Source: Antedon mediterranea (taxonomy: Eukaryota; Animalia; Echinodermata). Taken from it: a stretch of DNA of 64,000 bases. A model generated the notes under the pieces. It ran no database searches. It was not told where the DNA came from and saw only the letters and a program-made list of their open reading frames with translations. The stretch's first letter is position 1, and each line of letters starts with the position of its first letter. The translations under genes and the position numbers were made by a program. This document shows, piece after piece, positions 13,339 through 24,533 of this stretch. Where the stretch lies: the NCBI RefSeq assembly GCF_964355755.1, contig NC_092670.1, positions 18,958,795 to 19,022,794 of the forward strand, written 5' to 3'.

Positions 13339-14278
13339 ATGGCTAGTGATAAGATGTTAGAAGATCAAAAGAAGTATCCTGAATTCTTAATGAATACATA
13401 TTCAACACGACTTTTATCATTTTCCGATTGGCCATTTACTGAAGGTTGTGCTTGTACACCAGAAAAGGTTTGAATTTTCCTACTTTATCATTCAGGCTAG
13501 GCCTATCATTATTTTAATTCCTAGCTTACCTAGCTAGGGCTATTCTAGAGAGGAGAGGGACCTAGGCGGCTAGTAGGAATGGCCTACTATAATTATGCCT
13601 CTCTCTAGCCTACTAGTCTTGCTTATTGGGCAGGCCTTGCTAGCCTACCTAGGAGAGATTAGTTAATCTAGTTACTAATACTAGTATAATACTATTACTA
13701 GGGCCTAAAAAAAAAATGACAATGATCAGCAGCCATGAATTATTTGTTTTTGCAGATGGCAGATGCAGGGTTCTACCACTGCCCAACAGTTCATGAACCT
13801 GATGCAGTTAAATGCTTCTTATGTTTCAAAGAACTTGATGGCTGGGAGCCTGATGACAACCCAATGTAAGAAAAATAAGTGTTATTTCCATATCATCCGA
13901 TCAAGCTGGCCATGTGTATACTTACTTACTGTTGTTCTGTATGTTAATATTATGTTAGCATTTTGTTTTTATTTGCAGGTCAGAACATAAACGCCATTCT
14001 CCCAATTGTGTGTTTATCAACTTAAAAAAAGATTATGAGGATTTGACAATGGAAGAATTCCTGAAATTGGAGTCTACGCGTCAGCAAAATAAACTGGTAT
14101 GCTAAAAAAATGTAACTTTTTTAGGTTTATCCACAGTTAGATATATCAAAGGCTTACAATAAATTTCTGTTTTTTGTTCTCTTTTCAGATGAAAGTTGCA
14201 GAGACTGCCATGAAGGAATTCAAGCATCAAGCTTCTAAAACTAGAGAACAAATTGAATTGTTATCAAAGAACTTATAA
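13339..14278 (+). CDS. BIRC5: Survivin; exons 13339-13467, 13756-13865, 13979-14096, 14189-14278
   Basis: Spliced product [30 protein letters not shown]...[29 protein letters not shown] is a single BIR domain plus C-terminal helix; four-exon structure. Confidence 0.96.
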
Positions 14279-14463
14279 AAAGAAGTCAATTTTAAAAATT
14301 TAATGGGGGTATAGAGGATATTTTCACACCCACTAAATTCCACCCCAGATTACTGTATCAATAAAAGCATATTTTCAGGAATACTTGCACTACAGTAATA
14401 CCTGCTGTTAATAAACATTTTGTATTAGTGTAGCACCCCTGTAAAATTGTAGAGGAAAAAAAT

Positions 14464-14548
14464 GCCGCTAGTTCCGTTTCGCACCTGTTTTTATTTTGAC
14501 TCCAAACAAGTCGAAATAAATGACAGGTGTGAAACGGAACTAGCGCCG
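14464..14548. mobile_element. 85-bp internally deleted copy of the Merlin-type MITE at 41697
   Basis: GCCGCTAGTTCCGTTTCGCACCTG...CAGGTGTGAAACGGAACTAGCGCC, same TIRs. Confidence 0.85.
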
Positions 14549-14816
14549 AAAAAACACTCTTGTATATACAGTAATATATATACAGTATAAATATTTTGTA
14601 GATGTAAATATAGTGAGTAAAATAAGAAGCTGTCAATAAAGCTACTTAACTACTTTGGTGTCAGTTGATTGATTGCTTTTATGGTTTAATGAAAAAAAAC
14701 ACAAACGGTTTCAAATATATTTACTGTATATTCTGCATGCATGTTATTATACATATATGTACAACAGAGATTACAAGTACAGTAATTACCACAATATGTA
14801 ACTGTAAAAATTGTAT

Positions 14817-17800
14817 TTAATTATGGACAGATTTTGCCTCTTCTATTTTTCTTCTCAAACCATTACTATCTAGTGTTAACTCTGCATGTTGCCGTTTTAA
14901 ATACTCGAGGCGCGACCTTAAGTTATCCCCTTCATCCTTTCGTTCTTCAAAGTCGCGTAATAGTGGCTTGTTACCAAGAAGGCCACACTTTTGCATTTGC
15001 CGTTGATTGTCAATTCGTAACTTGTCTCGTGCTCTCTTGGTACGTGATAAAACATCTCTTTTCTGTAAAAAAAAAAAGGTTACATACATTTACTAATGAT
15101 AATTAAAGCAACATACAGTATGTGAATGATTGCCACTATTAACAAGTTAAAAAAAACCCGATTGTGTGGTACAGTACCAAAATCCTAGATGCATATCCAA
15201 TGTACAGGAGCTTATTAAAAGTACACACATTTTTAACATAAATCTCTGTCTACACTATTATGCCATTACCATGTCCATACAGTATATGGACACATTTAGT
15301 TTGAAAGTGTACACAGAGCTTAACATAATTATACTAATTTGACAATACAACTGCTTATGGGAGTATATTTACTTTGGCAACAAGCTCTTCAACATCTCTA
15401 AGGTTTGCCTTCTGAACCTGATTCTCTGCTTGTACAAACTGTAGCTTTTCCTTCACATGGGTTAAAACTTGAACAGTACTTGTTATTTTTTTCCTTAGTT
15501 TCAAAAGTTCCTGTAAAATTGTACAAAAGGAAGTTTAATCCAACTTCTAGTTGAATTTTCTATAGTAGTAGAGTACAGTAGTAATATTTGAGAAATGTGC
15601 TTTCATTTAATAATCACCAACACAAACAATTAAGATCGATCAGAACATACCGATAAAACAAAAAGTTAGGACAAATAAAAGTCACTATAACTCAAATACA
15701 GTAATGCCATCGGTATTTCCACTTACTTACTTATAATGGAAACTTTATTCAAATTGAAATCTTATAATCAGATTTTTGTTACCTCATTTCTTTCCTCGAT
15801 TTTTTCATTGTATGTTTGATTTTCAATCTTAAGTTGTTCAAAGTCAATGAGATGAAGACCTTCAGCAAGCTCTTCTTTTGCTTTCAGTTGCTGTTCTCTT
15901 TTTTTCAATCGATTCTTTAATTTTATATTGTCTAATCGTACCATCTTTACTTCGTCTTCTTTCTTTACTTCATTCATTAAATATTGTTCAACGTCCTTAA
16001 AACAATTGAAGTAAATCTAAATTATTTCTATTCTATATTGCAAAATGTGACGAAACTAGTTATGATTGACGATGATGAACCAATGTTTCATAACAAAAAT
16101 AATGGAGATACAACTGCAGCAAATGTATTAATATTTACAGTAAATAAATTTTACTTACAACAGTACTGTACATAATACACTTTCATACCTTTGGCAAAAT
16201 AGGCTTTCCCGTCCTGGTGTTAATAGCATTTAGTGCTGTTTGCTTTTTGAATTCTGCAAATTGGTTGGTTTCAATTTCCACTAATTCTAATTTCTCATCT
16301 TTCTTGTAACTTAAATCTTCCTCCTGATCTTGAAGATGTTTCGTTTCTTCTTCTTCCTGCTTTCTTAGTTCTTCAAGGTTTGCTGTTAAAAAAAGCATTA
16401 ATATTTTCTAATACAGTAAGTTTTTACATGACAATCTAATGAATAGAACTTGGAGAATAGGAGAAACTTAAAGATTTATTGTCCCTTTGTCAAATTCTAA
16501 AAAAATAAAAATAAAAAGATTTCGAAAAAAGTGGGTCATTTTGAAGTATCATAATAGTTATTAACTTTCACCAAAAAATAGTTGGAAAAAAAAATCATTT
16601 AACTGAAATACAGACGTTTTTTGGTTCAAAAAATAACTTTGACTTCCAGTCAAAGTTTTCGATCAAAACATATCTCATAATGCAATGCGCATATTTGGCT
16701 ACTCTGTATGCATAATCATAAAACTTCCTCGCGATCTATAGTGAAAACACCATCTCAACCGTGACAAGTTGTAATCAATCCTAATTAGCATAATGTATAC
16801 TCATGGTTTGAAATCTTTGTTTACTTTGTTTTCCAGACGAAATGTAATCACATTAATTTAAAGTAAATTTTCTTTTGGATGATCCAAAGTCGAATAAAAT
16901 TCGTAAACTTTCGTTTTTTACTGTAGCTTTCGCTGGTCAACGACGCAGCTTAATCATGAGTGAGTCTCTGTGACTTGGACTTGTTACCATTAGATCTCGT
17001 ATATGGTATAGCGCCATCTATAGATCGTTCAGGTTTTCCCAAATGAAGAAAAAACACTGCAAACAGCACCAGACGGAATGAAGCCAACATATTGGAAAAG
17101 GTATGTGGACGACATATTAGCTCTCATTCCAGAAGGATCAGCGGAACATCTTAACTCAATTGACAAAACAGGTAACATAAAATTTACAACTGAGCATATG
17201 TCTAACAATACATTACCCTTCTTAGACATCATAATTACACTGAACAATGGAGACCTGACGACGACAGTTTACAGAAAAAAGACCCACACAGACCAATACT
17301 TAAATTGTCATTCCTGCCATCCATTGGAACATAAGTTAAGTGTGGTTAACACTCTGGTTGACAGATGTGAAAAAGTTGTCACTAAAAAAGACGAGAAACT
17401 AACAGAAATGAAAAAGATTAAACATGCGGTAATTGGTCCATGGACAAGATAATCCAAAAAAGATCGGAGAAAGGAGAACAAAATGTCAAACAAAAAACAA
17501 AAGATACAACCAACAAAAACAAAGGTAACATAGGGATACCATACATACCAAGAATATCAGAAAGAATTAGACGCTGCTTATCTAGTTACAATGTCAACAC
17601 TTATTTTACTCCACAAAACAAATTAAGAAATCTTTTAGTTCACCCAAAAGACAAAATAAAAAATGATGACAAATCTGGTGTAATATACCAAGTAAATTGC
17701 AACAACTGCGAAAAAGCATATATAGGAGAAACGGCCAGAACCTTATCCACAAGGATAAAAGAACACAAAGCAGATGTCACTTCACATTGTACAGGGATCC

Positions 17801-20413
17801 TAACACGTTCAGCCAGAAATTCAGCTTCAGAAATTGTTCACAACTCAGCCATCACCGTTCACATGACCACTCACACTCATTTACCAAATTGGAACGTAAA
17901 AATACTAGGCACAGAATCGTCATGGAAAGACAAGAAAATAAAAGAATCAATAAAAATAAGAAAACATGGTAACACTATGAACATAGACGACGGCGGTTTG
18001 GAACTTCCAAAATTGTACAACAACTTACTAAAGAGGAGGCCCCGACAACCCCATTTGGGAAAACCTGAACGATCTATAGATGGCGCTATACCATATACGA
18101 GATCTAATGGTAACAAGTCCAAGTCACAGAGACTCACTCATGATTAAGCTGCGTCGTTGACCAGCGAAAGCTAGAGTAAAAAACGTAAGTTTACGAATTT
18201 TATTCGACTTTGGATCATCCAAAAGAAAATTTACTTAAAATACTATACAGTGATCCAGATGAACCTTTTTACTAATCACATTAATTTAGCTATTAATTAC
18301 GTAAAATTGTTGTTTTTGTCTTGAATTTTCAACTTAAAGTGCATAACTTTAATATTACTTTGATATGGCCAATTAAAATTTAGTATATTTTGACCTTCAT
18401 TTTTTTGTGTTTCAAGGGACAATACATCTTTAACTAATGATGATTGTTAATAAAGACTTCAAATGTTGTCAAGGAATACATACACATATACTTTAGATAG
18501 CGCTGTTCTTGATCGGTTACATTTTTATCCATTTCTTGGCGTTGGTCATCAGTCTTCTTCTTTCTAAAATACTCAGCTAGTTTGTGCTGGAACTGAGTGT
18601 TTGTTGTCTGTAGTTGCTCACGCTCTACGATAGCAGCCTTTATTATAAACATAATTGTGATTAGAGAAGCCTAGTCTTTATTATCATTTACTTTCCATTC
18701 TGATATAAGAGTAAATAGTCAACAACGCTAGTTATAACATTTTTAATGCACTACAGGCTGTTTTATGAGGAGTACAGTACCTCAATCGTCAGACGCTTGG
18801 CTACGATTTGCATCAAGCACTTTTATCTACATGACTTGGTTCAAGCTTATTATATGTGTATACTGTATGCAGTATGTATTTTATTTCTTTTGGTACATCT
18901 ACAATAAAGAATGAATACTTACTTGATAGCATTCTATTAACTCTTCTCTTGACATCATCTTTTCTTCATATCCTTCCTCGTCATACTCTTCATACTCTAT
19001 GAGTGGGGACGCTATTAATTTAAAAACAAGAACATTTCAATCTTGGTATTAATTGATGATGTTTTGGCCATAAGTACAACATTTCTGGTTCTAAAAAGTA
19101 TTGGAATGGAAACTTACCTTCTCTCTCGGGGGTTCCTGGTGGAAAGGTTTCTGGTTCCTGGACAGGACTACCTTCCCTTGATAGTGGATCAATCACAGCC
19201 ACAATTGGCGTCTCTGGCCTCTCACCGTCAGTAAATGTACTGCTCTCCGGAAGTTGTTCTCCATCATTCGTCATTTGCAATTCGTCTGGCTGTGCACTGT
19301 CTTTCCTAATAACCTCTGTGTTTCCTATAATAAAAGAAATAACATTAAAAATAAAAGTCTCATTTCAATTTAGTGAATACTACAACATTAGTTAATCTAT
19401 TGTATTACTATCTAGCATACCTTCTTCTGCTGTTGGTTCAACAACACCATCTTCAGTATTGCCATCCTTTTCCTCTCCATCTTTTACACCATCTTCAGCA
19501 TTGTCATCCTTTTCCTCTCCATCTTTTACTTCATCTTTCACTCCATCCTCTGTAACCTTCTCTGCTTCTTCTTGTTTGTCTGCCGATGCATCTCCATCAT
19601 TTCCAGTATTCTTAGTTGTCTGTTCCTCATTGGTTGCCTCTCCAGTTTCTCCTGCTTCAGCCTCCTCGGGTGCAGCTATTTCAGCTGGCTGTGTATTCTC
19701 ATTACCTGAAAAAGAAAAAATAAATTGTATTAAAATTTAGTTTTAATGTTTTTTATAAATAAATATTTTAAAGATGAATGTGACTGCATCTTTAAATATT
19801 TGCGCTCTCACCAGACTCAGTTTGTTGAGGATCATCAGATGTTTTCTCTTCAGGCTCCTCTGCAACTGATACTGCCTTATTTTCAGTATCCTCGGCTATG
19901 CTTGTAGCATTCTCTTCTGCAATTTCAGTAGTTGGTTGCAGCTCATCAGTAGCAGCTATAGGTACCTGACAAATCAAGAATGAAAATGGATAAAAAGAAT
20001 AAGATGTAATTTAATTGTATTAAAATATATCTTTTTTCCTTCTTTTTAAATTTTATTTCAGTTAACTTAATAGGCTAGGCCCTAGCCTATATATTTATTA
20101 TATACTAATTAAATATTTACTTAAAATTAAATGTTGTAAATAAAATATGATAGTCTAGGCCTACCACTAGGTAGCATGATCTTTCTTTCTCTGTATCTCT
20201 CTCTCCCTCTCTGTGGATATGATGCTGGTGGGTTGGGTGGGATGGGGGCCTACAGTAGCTAGGCCTAGGGCCTAGCTAGCTAGGCCATTTTAGGCTAGCT
20301 AGGCCTAGCCTCTATCTAGGCTAGGCCTAGCTTATTTATTTCCTGTTTAAATGTTTACTATACTTTTCAAATCCTAAAATATAAATATATACCTCTGACT
20401 GTTCTTCTGCCAT
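14817..20413 (-). CDS. CCDC96: Coiled-coil domain-containing protein 96 (CFAP184); ~10 exons, first 20393-20413, long acidic N-terminus
   Basis: EELAEGLHLIDFEQLKIENQTYNEKIEERNE (DUF4201 signature), QHKLAEYFRKKK, CGLLGNKPLLRDFEE; GT-AG exons in frame. Confidence 0.92.
16861..18272 (+). mobile_element. Penelope-like retroelement, 5'-truncated, RT (YVDD) + GIY-YIG endonuclease, inverted pLTR at 16861-17045, 16-bp TSD
   Basis: WKRYVDDI, LPFLDI, VYRKKTHTDQYLN, GVIYQVNCNNCEKAYIGETAR; 16861-17045 is the reverse complement of ~18052-18236; TAATCACATTAATTTA at 16845-16860 and 18273-18288; frameshift near 17440. Confidence 0.95.
18136..18177 (+). ncRNA. Minimal type I hammerhead ribozyme motif in the PLE pLTR (inverted copy 16920-16961 on -)
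   Basis: ACTC-ATGATTA-A-GCTG-loop-CAGC-GAAA-GC-TA-GAGT: stem I, variant core, stem II, GAAA, palindromic AGCT stem III, UH site. Confidence 0.7.
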
Positions 20414-20514
20414 TGTTTTAACACGTATGTTTTGCAAAATTTAAAGATATATGCATGTAGTAGAATATTCAGGTTAGGCCAAAAAAAAAACAACATTGCA
20501 GATATTTGCATATT

Positions 20515-20527
20515 GTTGCTAAGCGAC
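20515..20527. promoter_or_regulatory. RFX X-box in the CCDC96 / 228-aa gene divergent promoter
   Basis: GTTGCTAAGCGAC matches the X-box consensus, ~100 bp upstream of the CCDC96 ATG. Confidence 0.65.
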
Positions 20528-21171
20528 CTTTTGATCCACTGGTTCCCGAGCTCATACTGCACGCTTGATTACATTGTAAATGCCTGCGTTGTTTTCGACG
20601 GGAACCAGACAGCCATATGATTTTTAATAAAATTGTTAAATTATATTATAATTACAATAAGATAATACCATATCTATATATACAGTTCGAAGCTGTAAAA
20701 TATTTATAACGCATTGGTAAATAAAATCCGTAATTATTTTTGCATTTATTATTATTAACACAAATGTTATATTTATAATGTTCTACATTTGTATTTCTCA
20801 ATTACAGCAGACCAGTAAGCAACAGTAAGCAGACGTACATTATTGAAACGTTTTTGTATAAGAGAAAAATAGATAAAACCTAGTAAATAATATACACCAA
20901 ATTACTTAAATAATAATATGTGATAATAGCATATTTTAAAAACACAATATTTAGCTGTAAACAAAAATTAGAATGCCGAAATTACTTTATATAAAAACAA
21001 AACTGTGAACATGTATTGTTTTTCTCGTTGTTAACCACGCTCCACTAATCCCGGAAGTACTGTGTACACAGTGTGTTTTTATATATTGTGCAGTAAGTAG
21101 GTGTACAGTGTAACATTGGCAATACCATAATGGGTGTTGAGTAAAACATTAGTAAATTACTATACAGTACC

Positions 21172-23138
21172 ATGGCATCAACCACTGCACACAATATGAC
21201 CACCAGACAGGGCCATTCGGCTGGTACCATTTTAACAAACCGATCAAAAAATATAACTGTAATTAATCCATATGTGACACGACGAGCCGAAACAGCCGGG
21301 TCAACAAAAAAAGGAACAAGATGGATGCATCGCACTACAATTGATTTTAGTTTAGATACACCGGATTCAGAACATTTCTATGACACATCAACTAGATCGG
21401 TATGTATATACAGTATAATAATTAAATGTACTGTATGAGTAATATATTGTTTGAAGGTTTGCATGGCGAAATAAAATGTTGATATAAAGTTTGCGCGAAA
21501 ACGATCAAAGCATATTGAACGAAACGTCAAGAAACTCAACAGTTCTTTTCAGAATATATGTTTTTTTTCTCTTTCGTGCAGAACTAATATATGTGGTGTA
21601 CCGCAAAGTTTATATCAATATATGTATGAGATTTTTCCATAACAAAAAATTGAGGCCTAAATATGGGATACCACAAAAAAATGGAGAGAAAATTGCACTC
21701 TTATCTGCTTTTGAATAACAAGTCACTTTTAAAAAGTACATAGAAGGCCTATTAATAATAAATACATAGGAAATTGTATAAAGTATTGTCTTTATACTAC
21801 TATATAATACTATTTATATTGTTAATCATACTTATTTATTTATTCTTTGCAGGCTTTTGGCGGTTCTCGAAGGCTTCCACCAGGTGTGAGGTTGACTAGA
21901 TGTCCAACGTTACACACGTCCCATTTTGATATCAATATGGATAACAAGCAATATTTTAATACATTCTACAAACATTCATTTCAGCAGAAACCTACTGAGC
22001 ATGTAAGAAGGATTGATTGGTCTTTCTCAAATTATTAAAGCTCTGTCTACACTATCAAAGTTTATGTGACAAAAAATGTGATGTGCCCATATATAGATGT
22101 CACTACCATATTTGGGGACATCAAGCTTCAGAAATTATTTTTGATTGTTGATCCTTTTAAAAATAAAATATTACCAAAGAATATTTTTATTGGATTATTT
22201 TAATGGCTAAACCACTAAATCGAATGTAAGTCAGCACCACATACCCAAGCTTCCAAATTTGTGAGTTTAATAACATAAAGAGCACGTTCTACTACCATAA
22301 ACTATATCGAAGGTTAAATTCAACTTTCTTTTTATTGCAGCCATCTTCTATACAGTATCCTATGGTAGTGAACAGGAGTCATAACGTAGTCGGGACAGAC
22401 ATGCAAACTGTCTTACGTCGCCATGGAAATAGATTAAATTATTGGAGTTCATACGCTGACACCCACTCTAGGCTTGGTTTGCAGAGAGGGGAGGGCGTAG
22501 AAAGAACTTTAAAACCACGACAAAAATATGATATTCTATCAGGTATGTTTTAGTTTTGTTTCTCTCGGTAAACTATACACTATTATTGCTATAATATCTC
22601 TAAAGCTCTGTCTGAGCTATCAAACTTAATGTGACAACAAAATGTGATGTGCTCATATGGACATGATGATGTCAAATCATTACCATATTTAAGCACATCA
22701 CTACCATATTTGGGCACATCACCCTTTTTTCGTCAAAATAGTTTGATAGTGTAGACAAAGCTTTAGATAGGAGAATTATGTTTCCCTAAAGCAATCAAAC
22801 TTGTAACAAAAAAAACATGTAACAAAAAAAATGTGCCCATATATAGACATGATGATGTCATATCACTACCATTTTTAAGCATATCACTACCATATTTAAG
22901 CATATCACTACCATACTTGGGCGCATCACCTTTTTTTTGTCAAAATAGTTTGTGTAGACAAAGCTTTAGCCCTGATTGGTGAATACAAAATGATGGCAAC
23001 AATAATACCAATGATTATTGTTTATTTTTAGGTAACACTCTTGGTACTGAACCACACCAAGAATGGCATAGAATTTCCGGAAACAGAGTTATGCATGCAA
23101 GACGTCAAGATGCTGTAGAACGCTTTGTTCTTGGATAG
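21172..23138 (+). CDS. Uncharacterised basic 228-aa protein; exons 21172-21399, 21853-22002, 22341-22542, 23032-23138
   Basis: Four GT-AG exons splice into one open frame (MASTTAHNM...RRQDAVERFVLG*); ACCATGG start context; AATAAA at 23191. Confidence 0.8.
22604..22763. mobile_element. MITE family with AGCTCTGTCTACACTATCAAACT TIRs and internal CACTACCATATTTGGGCACAT repeats; other copies or fragments at ~15243-15320, 22039-22125, 22800-22965, 29060-29191, 45626-45790, 45875-45928, 54171-54237
   Basis: Recurrent TIR and internal repeat, usually in TTAA/TAA context. Confidence 0.8.
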
Positions 23139-24049
23139 CCATCTAAGCTTTTAACACTTCCTAGAAAGTTTATATTCTTTATTCCAGTAGAATAAAGCTG
23201 CATTTAACGTTCCTGATTGATGAATCTGTGCTGTTATTTATACATACTATGCCTTCCATACTTTTTTATGATACTGTATTATGGTGCAGCTAATCGATGG
23301 AAATGTTAATTTATTTTCCTTATATATTTTTAAAATAAGCAGAATTTGCAGGGTCTATTAATATATTTTAATTTAACTATTAATAAATAGTAATATTAGA
23401 AAATGTGTACAATGTTTTAAAAGTTTGAGAATAGCGTTTGAGAACAACATTTGAAAGCAATAAGAAGTAGAGACAATTGTATTTTGTTAAACTACGGGAA
23501 TTAAATTGATTTATTTACAATTATGACTTACTAGTACTATTTTTAAAATGTTTATCTAATTAAAAAATAAAAAGGTTGAGATCAAGTGGAATTGTGTAAA
23601 AACTTTCAATCTCACTGAAATGAATTTATGAAACCACCACAGACACTGTTTTCATTATCATTACAGTTACTGCATGTGCCACATATCATAACAGAACTTT
23701 TTTCTGTTTTTTTTAAGATGGTCAAACTATGTATGAGCTTTGCTCTTTTTGTTCATCCTTTATATTTAAATAAAGATATCTTGTCCCTATGAAAAAAAGA
23801 AGTTTAATAAAAAGGAATTTTTGTCACATAATAGTTATTCACTTTGATTAAAAATTGGATCGAAAAAATATTATTAACTGTACTTAAAAGAAAAATGTAA
23901 TCATAATAATTACAGAAAAAAAAAGACAATGAATTTTGAACATATTTTGTCTTTTTTTCTATGTGAAAACTAAAATAGCCTATTTAAAGTCTGATTTTAT
24001 AATTAATCAAATGTTTTTGGGGGACAATACATCTTTGAATTTTATTATA

Positions 24050-24455
24050 AGCGCAAATCAAATACGTATCCCTTTTTTTAAAACTACTTCTTTTAAACAT
24101 AGCATTAAGTTCACTGGTCCTAAACTTTGGGATAACGTACCAGTTAATATAAAAAGTGCTTTGTCTAAGAAGAGTTTTTCTTTAAAATTGAAACGGCACC
24201 TCTTATCTAGTTATGTTTAATTATCCTTTCACTCATTGTAGTTTTGATATTTAGTCTTTTCGGTACCCTGAATCTAAAAGTCTTCATTACTGTTTTTGTC
24301 CTGTTTCCGGTTCCCGTGTTGTCCTGTTTTTTTTTTTTTCATTTTCTATGGGCTGCCTTATACAAGCTTTGCTTTTTAGGAATGTTGCCCCTCTTATTTT
24401 AATAATTTTTACTGTTAATTTTTATTTTCTATGAAAGACAAGAGAAATAAATGTT
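24050..24455 (+). mobile_element. 3' end of a non-LTR retrotransposon (CR1/L2 group): ORF2 C-terminus plus 3' UTR
   Basis: SIKFTGPKLWDNVPVNIKSALSKKSFSLKLKRHLL*, T-rich UTR with stem-loop and AATAAA. Confidence 0.7.
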
Positions 24456-24533
24456 ACTTTGATTGAAATAACTAAAAGGAAAAATATACTGTTGTGAGAC
24501 GAAAAATCAACATTGAAATCATAAATATAAACA

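Larger units (their letters stand above)
16472..18429. mobile_element. TTAA-flanked non-autonomous DNA transposon (Kolobok-like) hosting the Penelope-like insertion; related copy ~23773-24035
   Basis: TTAA|AGATTTATTGTCCCT...AGGGACAATACATCT|TTAA. Confidence 0.7.
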
